Shown here piece by piece: positions 43,548 to 54,399 of a DNA stretch of 64,000 bases; the first letter of the stretch is position 1; the number at the start of each line of letters is the position of its first letter. The DNA comes from Gemmatimonadaceae bacterium (GTDB lineage: Bacteria; Gemmatimonadota; Gemmatimonadetes; Gemmatimonadales; Gemmatimonadaceae), in the NCBI GenBank assembly GCA_041486565.1, contig JBGPLS010000001.1, positions 412 through 64,411 on the forward strand, written 5' to 3'. A program made the position numbers and the translations under genes. The notes below the pieces were generated by a model. That model saw nothing but the letters and a program-made list of their open reading frames with translations, was not told where the DNA came from and did not search any database.

Positions 43548-44996
43548 TTACTGACTGAGTAGCTGTCCGTTGAAGTCTCTGACTGATATTGGCCCTATGT
43601 TGACCCCCCTCAAGCCCGGCTCTATGCTCTTCCGATCACCCACAATGACGATTGCCAGTGACGCCGGGTTGACGTACTGCCTGGCTACACGTTGAACGTC
43701 CGACTGAGTTACTGCCTCGATATTCTGTACATAGTTGTTATAGTAGTCGAGCGGCAGATCATAGAGCGCGACTGGGATTAGTGCAGCTGCGATCTGCTGC
43801 GTCGTTTCAAAATCCGCTGGCAATCCGAGCTGTAGGTATCGCTTTGTCTTGAGCAACTCCGTTGACGGCACGGTATCACGAATCGCATTGAGCTCCTTCA
43901 TGAACTGGATTAGTCCCGAGTCTGTCTTTGCGGCAACGACTTCAGCCGACGCTGTGAATGGCCCGGCTGCTCGGCGCATATCGAAGCTCGACCGGGCTCC
44001 ATACGTATAGCCATGCGTCTCACGCAGATTCTGATTGAGTCTGCTGGTGAAAGAGCCTCCAAGAGTCGTGTTCATCACGGTCAGAGCAAAGTAATCCTTG
44101 GTCGAGCGTGGGACGCCTATCCTGCCAATCCTGAATGACGACTGAGCTGCACCCGGTTTGTCTATCAAATAGACCGCGGTACCAGCGATCTTCGGTGCCT
44201 CCCCCAGCTGGGACTCCGGAACGCTGCCACGCTGCCAGTCGCCAAACATCCTGGTAATCTTCTGCTCTATCTTCCCTGGGTTAACATCGCCAACGATGAT
44301 CAACGTAGAGTTGTTAGGAAAGAAATGAGTCCTATAGAAAGCCACCAGGTCGGCTTCTGTCATGGACCTAACTGACGCCTCATTCCCAATCAGCGCCTGT
44401 CCATAGGGATGCGATGGCCCGTAGAGAATCGACGCGTATGCCTGATTAGCAATTGCTGTCGGTCGATCTTTGAGCTGAATAAGGTCGGTTAGCCTATTCT
44501 TCCGAACTCTCTCAAACTCATTCGCCGGAAAGGAAGATCGCAGCACGACATCAGCGAACAGAGCCAGTGCACTGTCCATCTGCGCCACCGGAGTATGAAG
44601 GCTCATCGTTGATGCGTCCCAATTGCTGTTTGTGCCGAGCCCAATGCCGAGGTAAGCCAACTGGTCCGAGATCTCGAGGCTAGATCTGCTTGCGGTGCCC
44701 TCAGTTAACATCGCTGCCGTGAGATTAGCGATCCCTGGTTTGCCGACGGGATCAACGGTTCCACCACTGCTCACGACAAGCACAAAATCCACGAGAGGTA
44801 ACTCATGCTGTTCGACAATCATCAGCTTGAGCCCGTTCGGGAGCTCACGAGCAGTGATCGCAGGCAGGGAAACCTTCGGTGGAGGACCCAGCAATGGTAC
44901 ATGCGACCGGTCTACCGGTGCATTCTGCGCGATAGCCACCGACTGAACGACTATCATCCCGAAGACGCCAATCAGTACAAGGCGGTACGACATCAT
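43548..44996 (-). CDS. M16B peptidase, non-catalytic subunit (exported)
   Basis: Signal peptide (AIA-Q); LGGSFTSRLNQNLRE.HGYTYG; no HxxEH. Confidence 0.9.
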   Translation of the reverse strand: MMSYRLVLIGVFGMIVVQSVAIAQNAPVDRSHVPLLGPPPKVSLPAITARELPNGLKLMIVEQHELPLVDFVLVVSSGGTVDPVGKPGIANLTAAMLTEGTASRSSLEISDQLAYLGIGLGTNSNWDASTMSLHTPVAQMDSALALFADVVLRSSFPANEFERVRKNRLTDLIQLKDRPTAIANQAYASILYGPSHPYGQALIGNEASVRSMTEADLVAFYRTHFFPNNSTLIIVGDVNPGKIEQKITRMFGDWQRGSVPESQLGEAPKIAGTAVYLIDKPGAAQSSFRIGRIGVPRSTKDYFALTVMNTTLGGSFTSRLNQNLRETHGYTYGARSSFDMRRAAGPFTASAEVVAAKTDSGLIQFMKELNAIRDTVPSTELLKTKRYLQLGLPADFETTQQIAAALIPVALYDLPLDYYNNYVQNIEAVTQSDVQRVARQYVNPASLAIVIVGDRKSIEPGLRGVNIGPISVRDFNGQLLSQ

Positions 44997-46366
44997 CGCG
45001 CACCTCCATTTGCTGTTAGCATCATTTCACGTTTTCCCTCAGGTACTACAGTTAGAACGACCTTCGGCTTGCCGAGATAGCGCTGAGCCGCTCTCTGCAC
45101 CTCTGCGCGTGTTACATGATCATATCGTGCAGCATCCTGCTGAATGAAATCCGGAGTTCCTGCCATATAATTATAGGAATTGAGAATGTCAGCCTTGTTC
45201 TGAACGCTGGCCATTCGGTTCAGGAAGCTCGAGCGAAATGAGTTCTGCACTCTTGCAAGCTCCCGTATTGTGATTGGCTCATTCATCAGGCGCTGTAGTT
45301 CTTCCTGCACGACCTTGTCGATGCTGGTGAGGCTCTGCTCTGGTTTCGGCGTGATGTCGATCTGAAAGAATCCCGCCAGCTTGCTAGACTGCTGTGACGC
45401 TCTGACGGTCTGCGCTACCTGAGTCTCATACACGAGCTTCTTGTACAATCGCGAGTTCTTGCCGCTTGCTAGAACCGATGCAAGAACATCTAACGCTGCG
45501 TCGTCATTTGCGAACAGCCTTACCGTCGGCCAGTTGTAGAACACTCTCGGGAGCTGCACTCGGTCTTCCATCACTAGGAATGTGTCCTTCGACAGCACTA
45601 CCGCCGGGACTTTGGGCCTAGGAGGCAACTTCGGTCCTCGTGGTACATCTGCGAAATACTGCTGGATCAGCATCTTTGCTTTCGTAGGCTCGAAGTCACC
45701 GGCGATTGTCAATGTCGCATTGTTGGGAGCGTAGTAAGTGCGGAAAAAATTCTTGACATCGTCCAGCGATGCTGCGGTTAGATCAGCCATCGATCCTATC
45801 ACCGACCATGAGTACGGATGCCCCTTCGGATACAGCGCCGCTAGAATAACCTCCTCCGATCGGCCATAGGGGACATTGTCCACGCTTTGGCGTCGTTCAT
45901 TCTTTACGACATCCCGTTGCAGATCGACTTTCGGCAGATCCATTGTCGGAAGTAGAAACCCCATCCGATCCGAGTCCAGCCAGAGGGCAAGGGACAGAGC
46001 GTTGGACGGCACAACTTCGTAGTAGTTCGTCCGGTCTTCAGTTGTAGAGCCGTTGTTGTCCCCGCCGGCACCTTCTAGCTCCTTGTCGAAGACACCCACG
46101 GGCACATGCTCCGAACCCATGAACATGATGTGCTCGAACAGGTGTGCGAAGCCGGTTCGCCCCGGCTTTTCATCTCCGGATCCGACATGGTACCAGGTAT
46201 TGACCGCAACAATAGGAGTCGAATGATCCTCGTGCAGAATCACCTCGAGCCCATTAGACAACGTGTATTTCTCGAATGCGATCTTTGGAACCGTTTGCGC
46301 GTCCAGTGACTGCGCGGTCATCACGAGTAGTAGGTAACATATTGATACGAATAGGGCGCGCCTCAC
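44993..46366 (-). CDS. M16B peptidase, catalytic subunit (exported)
   Basis: Signal peptide (LDA-Q); GFAHLFEHIMFMGS. Confidence 0.92.
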   Translation of the reverse strand: MRRALFVSICYLLLVMTAQSLDAQTVPKIAFEKYTLSNGLEVILHEDHSTPIVAVNTWYHVGSGDEKPGRTGFAHLFEHIMFMGSEHVPVGVFDKELEGAGGDNNGSTTEDRTNYYEVVPSNALSLALWLDSDRMGFLLPTMDLPKVDLQRDVVKNERRQSVDNVPYGRSEEVILAALYPKGHPYSWSVIGSMADLTAASLDDVKNFFRTYYAPNNATLTIAGDFEPTKAKMLIQQYFADVPRGPKLPPRPKVPAVVLSKDTFLVMEDRVQLPRVFYNWPTVRLFANDDAALDVLASVLASGKNSRLYKKLVYETQVAQTVRASQQSSKLAGFFQIDITPKPEQSLTSIDKVVQEELQRLMNEPITIRELARVQNSFRSSFLNRMASVQNKADILNSYNYMAGTPDFIQQDAARYDHVTRAEVQRAAQRYLGKPKVVLTVVPEGKREMMLTANGGAR

Positions 46367-46968
46367 ATTTTCCTCTCGAATAAGAAGGCCAATGGTGCTT
46401 TTACTGACTCACTTAACATGTACTTCCAGCGCTTTTCGCGATTGGGGGAGATTGGACTTGTCCTGGTCGGCGACATGTAGGGAATGAGCCCGAGGCGCCT
46501 GCTCAGGATCCACAAACGAAGCATATGAAAAGGATCACTTACGAGGATTGCGGTTTTCAAGCCCCGATGCTTCAGCAAACGCGCCACAGCTTGCATTGAT
46601 TCCCGGGTTGTCCGGCCTTCGTTCTCCAGTATTATGGCCCTGTCCGGAACTCCGTGCTGCCGCATATACCCACGCCCGACGGCTGCCTCACTCGTTGTAT
46701 CACCAAGACCTGTTCCACCCGTCAGGATTACAACCTGCGCTAGACAACGGTTCCATAGCTCCAAGGCATGATCCAGCCGGGCACGGAGTACCGGAGATGG
46801 ATGTCCATCGTACTGCGCAGCACCGAGTACGACAATGGATTCTGCGGCTTGCGCCTGGTCGAGAGTGCTCCATAGGAGAACCGCCGCCATCGAGCCTGCC
46901 CAGAATACCATCACTGTCACAAATCCAGTCACTACTAGTTTCCAGATACTGCGCCCTACCCTAGCCAT
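46363..46968 (-). CDS. YdcF/DUF218 (ElyC/SanA-like) protein
   Basis: IVVLGAA, LTGG.G...SEA, E.EGRTT.E, VSDPFHMLR. Confidence 0.9.
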   Translation of the reverse strand: MARVGRSIWKLVVTGFVTVMVFWAGSMAAVLLWSTLDQAQAAESIVVLGAAQYDGHPSPVLRARLDHALELWNRCLAQVVILTGGTGLGDTTSEAAVGRGYMRQHGVPDRAIILENEGRTTRESMQAVARLLKHRGLKTAILVSDPFHMLRLWILSRRLGLIPYMSPTRTSPISPNREKRWKYMLSESVKAPLAFLFERKM

Positions 46969-46981
46969 CGCTGGAAACTAC

Positions 46982-48364
46982 CTAGAACGTCACTCGCGTG
47001 TGTGGCTCCGGACAGGTGACGCTATATCCTTTCGCAATAAGCGTTGTTTGCAAGGCGTCCTGCGCCTGTCGCTCACCGTGCACAAGATGAACATCTGCCA
47101 GTTCTGGCGAACTCCCCTTCAGCGCATCGAGCCAGGCCGCCAGTTCTCTACGATCGGCATGCGCACTATATCCATTGATCACCTCGACTGCAGCTCGAAG
47201 CGGAACTTCCTCTCCGAAAATCTTCAGGATCGGAACTCGTTCAACTATCCGTCGGCCGAGTGTGTGCTCCGCCTGGAAGCCAACAATTAAAATTGTGTTC
47301 CGTGGATCTGAAGCACCCTGTAAGAGATGATGAAGTATCCGCCCTGCCTCAGCCATCCCCGAGGCGGCGATAATTATCATCGGCCCATTTTTACGAGCCA
47401 GTGCTTTTGAATCTTCTACATCACGCGTGTAGTGTACCAGAGAGAAATCAAATAACTCTCTGACTTTCTTGATCATATCTTCAGATTGATCAAAGGCTTC
47501 CGGATGCATCTCAAAGACCGTAGTCGTATCAATCGCAAGTGGACTATCGACATAAATCGGGATTGGCGGGATTGCTGAGTCGCGAACGAGAGAGTGCAGA
47601 TTGTAGATGAGCTCCTGAGTCCGACCAACAGCAAAGGCAGGGATCAGAACCCGTCCACCTCTGGCTACTGTTTCCCGAACGACCTGACCAAGCCGAGCAC
47701 GCGCTCCATCCACGGACTCGTGGTCCCGGTCTCCGTAGGTTGACTCCATTATCACTGTGTGGGCTTCCGTCGGCGGCACCGGATCCCTTATGATCGCTAG
47801 ACCAGAGCGGCCGATATCGCCCGAGAAGACCAGCCTCTTGGCCTGCCCTCCCTCCATGCAATCGAGTATCACTGAGGCAGAGCCAAGAATATGCCCCGCA
47901 TCCACATAAGTTCCTCGAACGCCAGGTACCACATCGAACGGCTTGTTGTAGGGCATTGCCACCATTAGCTCCATAGTCCGGACTACATGGCGGGTTCCGT
48001 ACAAAGGCTCGATGAACTCCCTTTTCCGTTTCGCTAGAAACTCCGCGTCCTTCTCCTGAATATGCGCTGAGTCTGTAAGCATTACCGCACAGAGATCACG
48101 AGTTGCCGCAGTTGCCCAGATAGTCTTGCTATAGCCCTCTGCAATCAGGAAAGGCAGCCGGCCTGAATGATCTATGTGGGCATGCGACAGAACTATCGAG
48201 TCGATTTCCCCAATGGGGACGCCCAGGGTTTTGTTCTTCTTCTCGGCGTCACTTCGCTTACCCTGGAACATTCCACAGTCGAGAAGAACCGTCTTGCCAT
48301 TCACCCGAAGAATGTGACAGGAGCCCGTAACTTCACGAGCTGCTCCAAAAAACTCTACTTCCAA
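46982..48364 (-). CDS. MBL-fold beta-CASP ribonuclease
   Basis: GAAREVTGS, HAHIDHSG, AGHILGS, MESTYG, SAHAD. Confidence 0.95.
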   Translation of the reverse strand: MEVEFFGAAREVTGSCHILRVNGKTVLLDCGMFQGKRSDAEKKNKTLGVPIGEIDSIVLSHAHIDHSGRLPFLIAEGYSKTIWATAATRDLCAVMLTDSAHIQEKDAEFLAKRKREFIEPLYGTRHVVRTMELMVAMPYNKPFDVVPGVRGTYVDAGHILGSASVILDCMEGGQAKRLVFSGDIGRSGLAIIRDPVPPTEAHTVIMESTYGDRDHESVDGARARLGQVVRETVARGGRVLIPAFAVGRTQELIYNLHSLVRDSAIPPIPIYVDSPLAIDTTTVFEMHPEAFDQSEDMIKKVRELFDFSLVHYTRDVEDSKALARKNGPMIIIAASGMAEAGRILHHLLQGASDPRNTILIVGFQAEHTLGRRIVERVPILKIFGEEVPLRAAVEVINGYSAHADRRELAAWLDALKGSSPELADVHLVHGERQAQDALQTTLIAKGYSVTCPEPHTRVTF

Positions 48365-48367
48365 GGT

Positions 48368-48544
48368 TTAGGCCTCAGCTACAGTACTACGTTCGAACAA
48401 GATGATCAGCCGCTGTTGATCCTGCGACATTAGGGCGGGCTCCCATCCTCCCCTGCTACGTTCGTTGAGCAGATCTGTCAGCGTATTTTCGTCCTCACGC
48501 GTATGTCGCGTCAGCTTGACTACTACAGCCTGGTATTCCTTCAT
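48368..48544 (-). CDS. Small hypothetical protein (58 aa, DUF4177-like)
   Basis: Hand-translated MKEYQAVVVKLTRHTREDENTLTDLLNERSRGGWEPALMSQDQQRLIILFERSTVAEA; stops 3 nt before the next gene; below the ORF-track cutoff. Confidence 0.7.
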   Translation of the reverse strand: MKEYQAVVVKLTRHTREDENTLTDLLNERSRGGWEPALMSQDQQRLIILFERSTVAEA

Positions 48545-48634
48545 GGCACACGGGAAATGAAAGTAAGTTAGAGCCGATGAGAGATCGGCTTTCTCAAGCT
48601 ACTTCCACGCATTTCGGAAGGCAGGTTAACGACG

Positions 48635-49285
48635 ATGATTGAACCTATGAAAGAGTTCCCAACACTCACAATTATCCGGCATCCACTTGTTCAGCACAAG
48701 CTGACGATAATGCGCAATTACAAGACTCCGACCAAGATTTTCAAGGAGCTCGTGGATGAGATAGCAATGCTCATGGCTTACGAAGCTACGATTGATCTAA
48801 CACTCGAGCCACTATCGGTTACCACTCCGCTGGAGACTACCACTGGCTGGCATATCAGCGGAAAGAAGCTGACTCTCGTACCGATCCTGCGGGCTGGGCT
48901 CGGTATGGTAGAGGGAATTCTCCGGTTGGTTCCTGCCGCTCGCGTTGGTCACATCGGCCTTTACCGTGATCACGTCACTCTTCAGCCCATTGATTATTAT
49001 TTCAAGGTTCCGAGTGATATCGCGGAGCGTGACTTCTTTGTTCTCGATCCCATGCTTGCCACTGGGGGAAGCGCGGCAGCTGCTGTTTCCTCCCTTAAGA
49101 GAGCCGGAGCAACCCGGATTCGCTTTCTCTGCCTCGTGGCCGCTCCTGAAGGCGTCCGGCGTCTGAGTTCAGAGCATCCCGACGTCCAGATCTACTGTTC
49201 CGCTCTCGATCGGGGGCTCAACCCACAGGGTTATATCCTCCCTGGACTAGGGGATGCCGGTGATAGGCTTTTTGGTACACGCTAG
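48635..49285 (+). CDS. upp: Uracil phosphoribosyltransferase
   Basis: [43 protein letters not shown]. Confidence 0.98.
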   Translation: MIEPMKEFPTLTIIRHPLVQHKLTIMRNYKTPTKIFKELVDEIAMLMAYEATIDLTLEPLSVTTPLETTTGWHISGKKLTLVPILRAGLGMVEGILRLVPAARVGHIGLYRDHVTLQPIDYYFKVPSDIAERDFFVLDPMLATGGSAAAAVSSLKRAGATRIRFLCLVAAPEGVRRLSSEHPDVQIYCSALDRGLNPQGYILPGLGDAGDRLFGTR

Positions 49286-49583
49286 AACCGACCCGGTTGT
49301 GCTCACCAGCACCCTTGGGGCAAGCTCACTCAAGACATAGTCCTTAGCGGGTAGGCTGACCTCGCTGACTCCCGTAAAGTCACGCCCTGCTCCTCAGTAC
49401 CTGCATTCGCTCCACATATGTACGAGATGGTCCCGCAACTGGGTACCGGCAGCATATTCCTGAAAATCCATACGCTTTTCTTGAAATCCGGCTACATCGC
49501 TCTTGTTCAGAATTTCCTTCGAACGTATTTTCCCGCATCCCAAGCGCGCTGCGCCCCTGGCATTTCTCGCGACCCGGTTGTTG

Positions 49584-50522
49584 ATGCTGATTAACCTGCT
49601 GCCTGATTTCTTCGCAGTTCTTAACAGCACCGATCGCATCGCTGCCTATCACCGCTACTTCGACACTCACCGCAATATCCTCGAGGCCTACTGGGCAAAT
49701 TATGTCCTCGATCCAGACGGGCCACATTTTGCCGACGTAGCACGCTCAGCGGCTCTTGCCGGTCGTGGAGACCTTCGAACAATGCTCGAGAGGATGGACG
49801 TTGTCTCTCTCGCCCGTGATACCGAGGAACAATGTCAGGCACTTCTCGATATTGACTCCGAAATTGATGTAGTGCTCATGGTCGGTGTGGGAGCAGCTAA
49901 TGCCGGAGAGCTCGTAGTCAATGGCCGTGGCATAGCCTTCATTTGCCTTGAACATTTCACGAGTGTCGCAAATCCCGAGACCCATGGTTTAGGTCTCGAT
50001 CCTGAACTTATCCCTCTTTGGCTCGCACATGAGATCGCTCATACCGTTCGCTATACATCACCAGAAAGCCGCAGTCAGATGCATCAGGTCATTACCGACA
50101 TGGAGGGCTACTACTCCTATTGGGAAACGGGAAAACGTGTTAGCCTCGGAGAGCTGCTGGTAAACGAGGGCATTGCCGTACACGTATCGCGTGTTATTAG
50201 CCCCGGACATGCAGCCTGGGAATACTTCGGCTATGATCGTCGAGAGTATGCCCGTGTCCGTGAGATGGAGCCAGTCATCACCCGCTCATTAATCCCTAGT
50301 CTCGATAGCGCTGGACTCGGTCTGCGGCTCAAATATCTCTCTGAAGGAATGACTGACGAGAGAAGAAAGAGTGCCGATCAGATCTTGCCGGAGCGGAGTG
50401 GATATTACATCGGTGCCAAGATGGCCGAACATGCGATCGCCACTAGAGGCTACGCCTGGACGACCAGAGCAAGTGCAAAGGAAATCATGGCCGTTGCTGG
50501 AGAAGCGGCTGAAAGTGCCTAG
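49584..50522 (+). CDS. Putative Zn-dependent protease (DUF2268-like)
   Basis: AHEIAH plus downstream NEGIA and GYYIG; start ATG 49584 preferred. Confidence 0.65.
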   Translation: MLINLLPDFFAVLNSTDRIAAYHRYFDTHRNILEAYWANYVLDPDGPHFADVARSAALAGRGDLRTMLERMDVVSLARDTEEQCQALLDIDSEIDVVLMVGVGAANAGELVVNGRGIAFICLEHFTSVANPETHGLGLDPELIPLWLAHEIAHTVRYTSPESRSQMHQVITDMEGYYSYWETGKRVSLGELLVNEGIAVHVSRVISPGHAAWEYFGYDRREYARVREMEPVITRSLIPSLDSAGLGLRLKYLSEGMTDERRKSADQILPERSGYYIGAKMAEHAIATRGYAWTTRASAKEIMAVAGEAAESA

Positions 50523-50545
50523 CCGTACTACGATCGCAGAATTAC

Positions 50546-51937
50546 CTATTTCCCGACACAGAAAGAGCTGAATAAGCGCTCCAGCACATCCTCGGTGCTG
50601 ATTGCCCCAATCAGAGATTCCATAGCGCCCGCTGCCATTCTCAAGTGAACCGCTGCAACCGGTACCGGTAGCAATCCAGATATCCACGCTTCTCTGAACT
50701 CACCAATCTCCGCCCGGGCAATCCTTACTGCCTGTACATGTCTTGCCCGTATCAGGACAGGCAGCTCGGGCGTAATCTCTCCATAAGTCCGCGTCAAGCA
50801 TGACTCCATTTCATGTTGAAGCAACTCCAATCCTTCGCCTGTCACCGCACTTACTCGTACATAGGTCGTTGATTGTAGGCCTGATTGCTCCAGCTTCGCT
50901 TCTGAGTTTAGATCACACTTTGTCAGTAAGCCAAGCACGGGTGCAGTAGACACTTTCAACAGCACCGCAAGGATCCTCCCCAGGGATGCTTCGCTGTCAC
51001 CACAGGCAAGTACCATGTGAGCTTTCGAAACGTACCTTTCGCTGGTCTCAATCCCCAATTGTTCCACTATATCTCTACTTTTACGAAGACCTGCTGTGTC
51101 CAGTAGCCGAATCGGCCAGCGACCAGCAGCAATCAATCCCTCTATAGCATCACGCGTTGTCCCAGGAATCTCGGTAACAATGGCCCTGTTCTCTCCAAGC
51201 AGGGCATTGAAGAGAGAGGATTTGCCAACATTCGGCTCACCAGCAATCACCACCACCGCGCCTTCTCTAACTATCTCGCCAACAGGAATTGTCGAGAGCA
51301 GGACATCCAACGATCCAAGAAGCTCATCTATTGCAGCAATAATTCGGTCGCTTGATACAGGTCCGTCATCTTCCTCCGGAAAATCCATATCATAGGCAAT
51401 TAACGATTCAAGCAGGAGGATATCCTGACGCAGAGAACCAATTCGAGCAGACAGGCCCCCATCGAGCTGATACAATGCTGCATGCTGCATTGCGCTTGAT
51501 TGCGCATCAATCAAATCTCCAATCGCTTCTGCCTGCACGATATCAAGCTTTCCATTCAGAACTGCCCGCCGTGTAAACTCTCCACGAAGAGCTTCCCTTG
51601 CTCCCGAACCTATCAGCGCTGACATCACGGATGCCGGCACTACATGACCACCATGTGTGGAGATCTCCACGACATTCTCACCGGTGAACGACTGAGGAGC
51701 TACATAGATCGTTACCACTGCTTGGTCCAGAAGCTGATTTCCGTCATACACGGTGCATAATCGGGCTTCACGGGTATTGATCGGCCATGGATTGATATGG
51801 CGTGCGGCAATGTCAAATGCACCCCCGCCGCTTAGACGAACAACTGCGATGGCACTCCTTCCATGAGGCGTTCCGAGGGCCACTATTGTATCGGTACCTC
51901 CCGCGAGGCTTTGCTGGAGAGCCTGACCAGAGATCAC
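50546..51937 (-). CDS. mnmE: tRNA modification GTPase MnmE
   Basis: DTIVAL.TP.G, GEFTRRA, GEPNVGKSS, GTTRD, DTAG, C-terminal FCVGK. Confidence 0.97.
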   Translation of the reverse strand: MISGQALQQSLAGGTDTIVALGTPHGRSAIAVVRLSGGGAFDIAARHINPWPINTREARLCTVYDGNQLLDQAVVTIYVAPQSFTGENVVEISTHGGHVVPASVMSALIGSGAREALRGEFTRRAVLNGKLDIVQAEAIGDLIDAQSSAMQHAALYQLDGGLSARIGSLRQDILLLESLIAYDMDFPEEDDGPVSSDRIIAAIDELLGSLDVLLSTIPVGEIVREGAVVVIAGEPNVGKSSLFNALLGENRAIVTEIPGTTRDAIEGLIAAGRWPIRLLDTAGLRKSRDIVEQLGIETSERYVSKAHMVLACGDSEASLGRILAVLLKVSTAPVLGLLTKCDLNSEAKLEQSGLQSTTYVRVSAVTGEGLELLQHEMESCLTRTYGEITPELPVLIRARHVQAVRIARAEIGEFREAWISGLLPVPVAAVHLRMAAGAMESLIGAISTEDVLERLFSSFCVGK

Positions 51938-52728
51938 GGCTCCACAGACGGTGGCTCGAAGCTCATACCAGGCTCCAGAATTTGAACCATCTCACTTCTC
52001 GGATGCCTAGGAAGTTGGGCCCGAAGATGATTGATCGCATCATGCGCCTTGGACGTTACGTGGTCGAATGTTCCCCAGTGATACGGAATGAGATACCTCG
52101 CATTCAGCCGGTCAAACAATGTGAGCGCATCACTACTCGTGAGATGGCCCTTTCTAAATCCCGGCTTCCACCATGGCGCATGCCCGATCGGCAATAGAGC
52201 AATATCCAACCGTCTATCTGCAACAGTCAGGTGCTGGTCAATCAGTTTTGTGCTGTCCGGTGCCAGTGCCGTATCGCCGGCGAAGAAACAAGAGAGGTTT
52301 TTAGTCTCAAACAGATACATATTAGCTCCACCTCGCCACCGATCGATAACATATCGGCTTCCCTGGTGGGTTGCTGCTCCCGCACGAATTTCCACTCCAC
52401 CACTTCGAACCGACTCTCCCGCTGCAATTGCCTCCACCATATCATAGCCTCGCTTCCGCAGCCACTTGGCAACTGCTGGAGGAGCAAAAATCGGGATATC
52501 CTGCCTCAGAGCATTTAGCGATTTAAACGAAAGATGGTCTGCATGTGCGTGCGTCAAGAGAATCACATCAATCCGGGGTAGTAAACCAATCGATATCCCA
52601 GGTGCACTCACCCTTGGCAGAAAGCCCCCAAGTGCTGGATCAAAATTGGGGTCTGTTAGAAATATGCGATCGGCTAGCTCAATTAGTACCGTTGCGTGAC
52701 CAATATACGTGACCCGCATGATCAGCAC
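51934..52728 (-). CDS. MBL-fold metallo-hydrolase
   Basis: GHA, TDP, THAHADH, FAGDT, PYHWGTF. Confidence 0.9.
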   Translation of the reverse strand: MLIMRVTYIGHATVLIELADRIFLTDPNFDPALGGFLPRVSAPGISIGLLPRIDVILLTHAHADHLSFKSLNALRQDIPIFAPPAVAKWLRKRGYDMVEAIAAGESVRSGGVEIRAGAATHQGSRYVIDRWRGGANMYLFETKNLSCFFAGDTALAPDSTKLIDQHLTVADRRLDIALLPIGHAPWWKPGFRKGHLTSSDALTLFDRLNARYLIPYHWGTFDHVTSKAHDAINHLRAQLPRHPRSEMVQILEPGMSFEPPSVEP

Positions 52729-52734
52729 GCTTCC

Positions 52735-54399
52735 CTAAGTCGGGCGGCTACGCCGAGCTCGTTCTCTCGCCAGAAGCCACTGCTGTGGGAGTGCCGCGAT
52801 ATTCTGAGCTGTATAGTACAGGTTCAAGCCCGATGGCATGTTCGCCAGTATGAACGTCATCATTACCGGGAACATATAGCCCATCATTTTCGCCTGTGGA
52901 CTTGGTGGTGCATTACGTAAACCAATCCACGAAAGCACGTACATTGAAATCCCCATCAGAACGGGTAGGATGTAGAACGGATCCTTCACCGAAATATCAT
53001 GAAGCCATAGGAATGGGACTCCTCTAAACTCAATTGTATTCTGGAATACAAAGAAGAGCGCAAAAAGCACCGGCATTGGAATCAGGGCAGGTAGACATCC
53101 TGTGAGAGCGGTAAAAGGACTAGCGTCAGCTTCACGATAGACCTTCATTATTTCCTCACGCTGTTTCTCCGGTTTGTCTTTGTACTTCTTCTGCACTTCT
53201 GCTAGTTTCGGCTGAATTTCCTGCATTTTCATGCTCGAGCGCATTGCACTCTGGTTCAACGGCCAAAGAAGCACACGAATTACAACGCCAAAAATCACGA
53301 GCACCCAGCCATAGCTTAGCTCTAGGACTTGATGCATCCAGAGAAGGAGGCGTATACACAGCGCTGCAATGGGCTGAACTACTCCCTGTAAGAAACGCCA
53401 GCCATAGGGATTCACATGATCGAAGTCGCGTCCAATCGCAATGAGTTGCGTTGATTGCTGTGGCCCTGCGTAGAGATCTAGTGCAAAAGGCCCGTCCTTA
53501 AGGGCCTTTACAATCACGGCAGATGCATTCGTCGCTAATTTTGACGTACGAGCACCACCCTTCAAACTCATTTCACTGAATGAGCTACCTGGTGGATTTA
53601 ATAATCCTATGACGAAGTATTTGTTCTTTACCGCAGCCCACGTTAGTGGACCCGCTTCCAGCTTTTGCTCTCCCGGATCAAGCTTTCCAAACGACACAAT
53701 CTTCGCATTCTCCTTCTCCGGTTTAAAGGAGTAGGCAAGATTACGTAAGTCCCCGACAGTATCCGACTCTGCAGGTCTTAGGCTTGTCGGGAGCTCGACG
53801 AGGAGGTAGGCCCCGTTACCCACTCCTTCTACTCGTCCTTTAATCTTGACCATATAGCTTTCGGGAACAATCTGATAAGCAATTGTCAAATGGGCATCGC
53901 CTACCGTTACATCATAGGAAAGCTCCCTTTCATTTCCTGTACGCGTTATCCGAAATGCGGTCCGTTCCAGGGCTATAGTATCTCCACTCACTACTAACGC
54001 ATATCGCAGCAACGACTGTCCTGGGGTACCTAGCTCTACCATACCTCCGGCAGGCGCCAAATTCTTATACTCTCTAAGACCTATTGAGACAGGAGCCGCT
54101 CCAACATTACTAAACCGATACACCGACTGGAGAGTTACTAGAGTCGTTATCTCGCCTATTGGAGAAGACGGATTTATCGAATCACTGCGTGCTCGGTCAT
54201 CCTTCTGCGCAGTAGAGGCTGATTCTTGTTGGATAACTCTTCCCTGAAGCCGGGTTGGAGCTACCGGCATCACCGTGTCGCGCTTCATACTACTCGGCGC
54301 GGTAGAGCGTGCGACAGGTTGTGCGACAGGAAAAAGAAGCTGTGTTACCGCTACAACAGCTGCAGCAAGAAGAAGTGCTAGAAAGTATCGTTTTTCCAT
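52735..54399 (-). CDS. yidC: Membrane protein insertase YidC
   Basis: Periplasmic domain, GCLP, WLHDISVKDP, PSGLNLYY; canonical context. Confidence 0.97.
   Translation of the reverse strand: MEKRYFLALLLAAAVVAVTQLLFPVAQPVARSTAPSSMKRDTVMPVAPTRLQGRVIQQESASTAQKDDRARSDSINPSSPIGEITTLVTLQSVYRFSNVGAAPVSIGLREYKNLAPAGGMVELGTPGQSLLRYALVVSGDTIALERTAFRITRTGNERELSYDVTVGDAHLTIAYQIVPESYMVKIKGRVEGVGNGAYLLVELPTSLRPAESDTVGDLRNLAYSFKPEKENAKIVSFGKLDPGEQKLEAGPLTWAAVKNKYFVIGLLNPPGSSFSEMSLKGGARTSKLATNASAVIVKALKDGPFALDLYAGPQQSTQLIAIGRDFDHVNPYGWRFLQGVVQPIAALCIRLLLWMHQVLELSYGWVLVIFGVVIRVLLWPLNQSAMRSSMKMQEIQPKLAEVQKKYKDKPEKQREEIMKVYREADASPFTALTGCLPALIPMPVLFALFFVFQNTIEFRGVPFLWLHDISVKDPFYILPVLMGISMYVLSWIGLRNAPPSPQAKMMGYMFPVMMTFILANMPSGLNLYYTAQNIAALPQQWLLARERARRSRPT

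Noticed and set aside
49286-49583. Possible ncRNA or riboswitch after upp
   Set aside because: Only short imperfect hairpins and no family I can recognise; an Rfam/Infernal scan would be needed.
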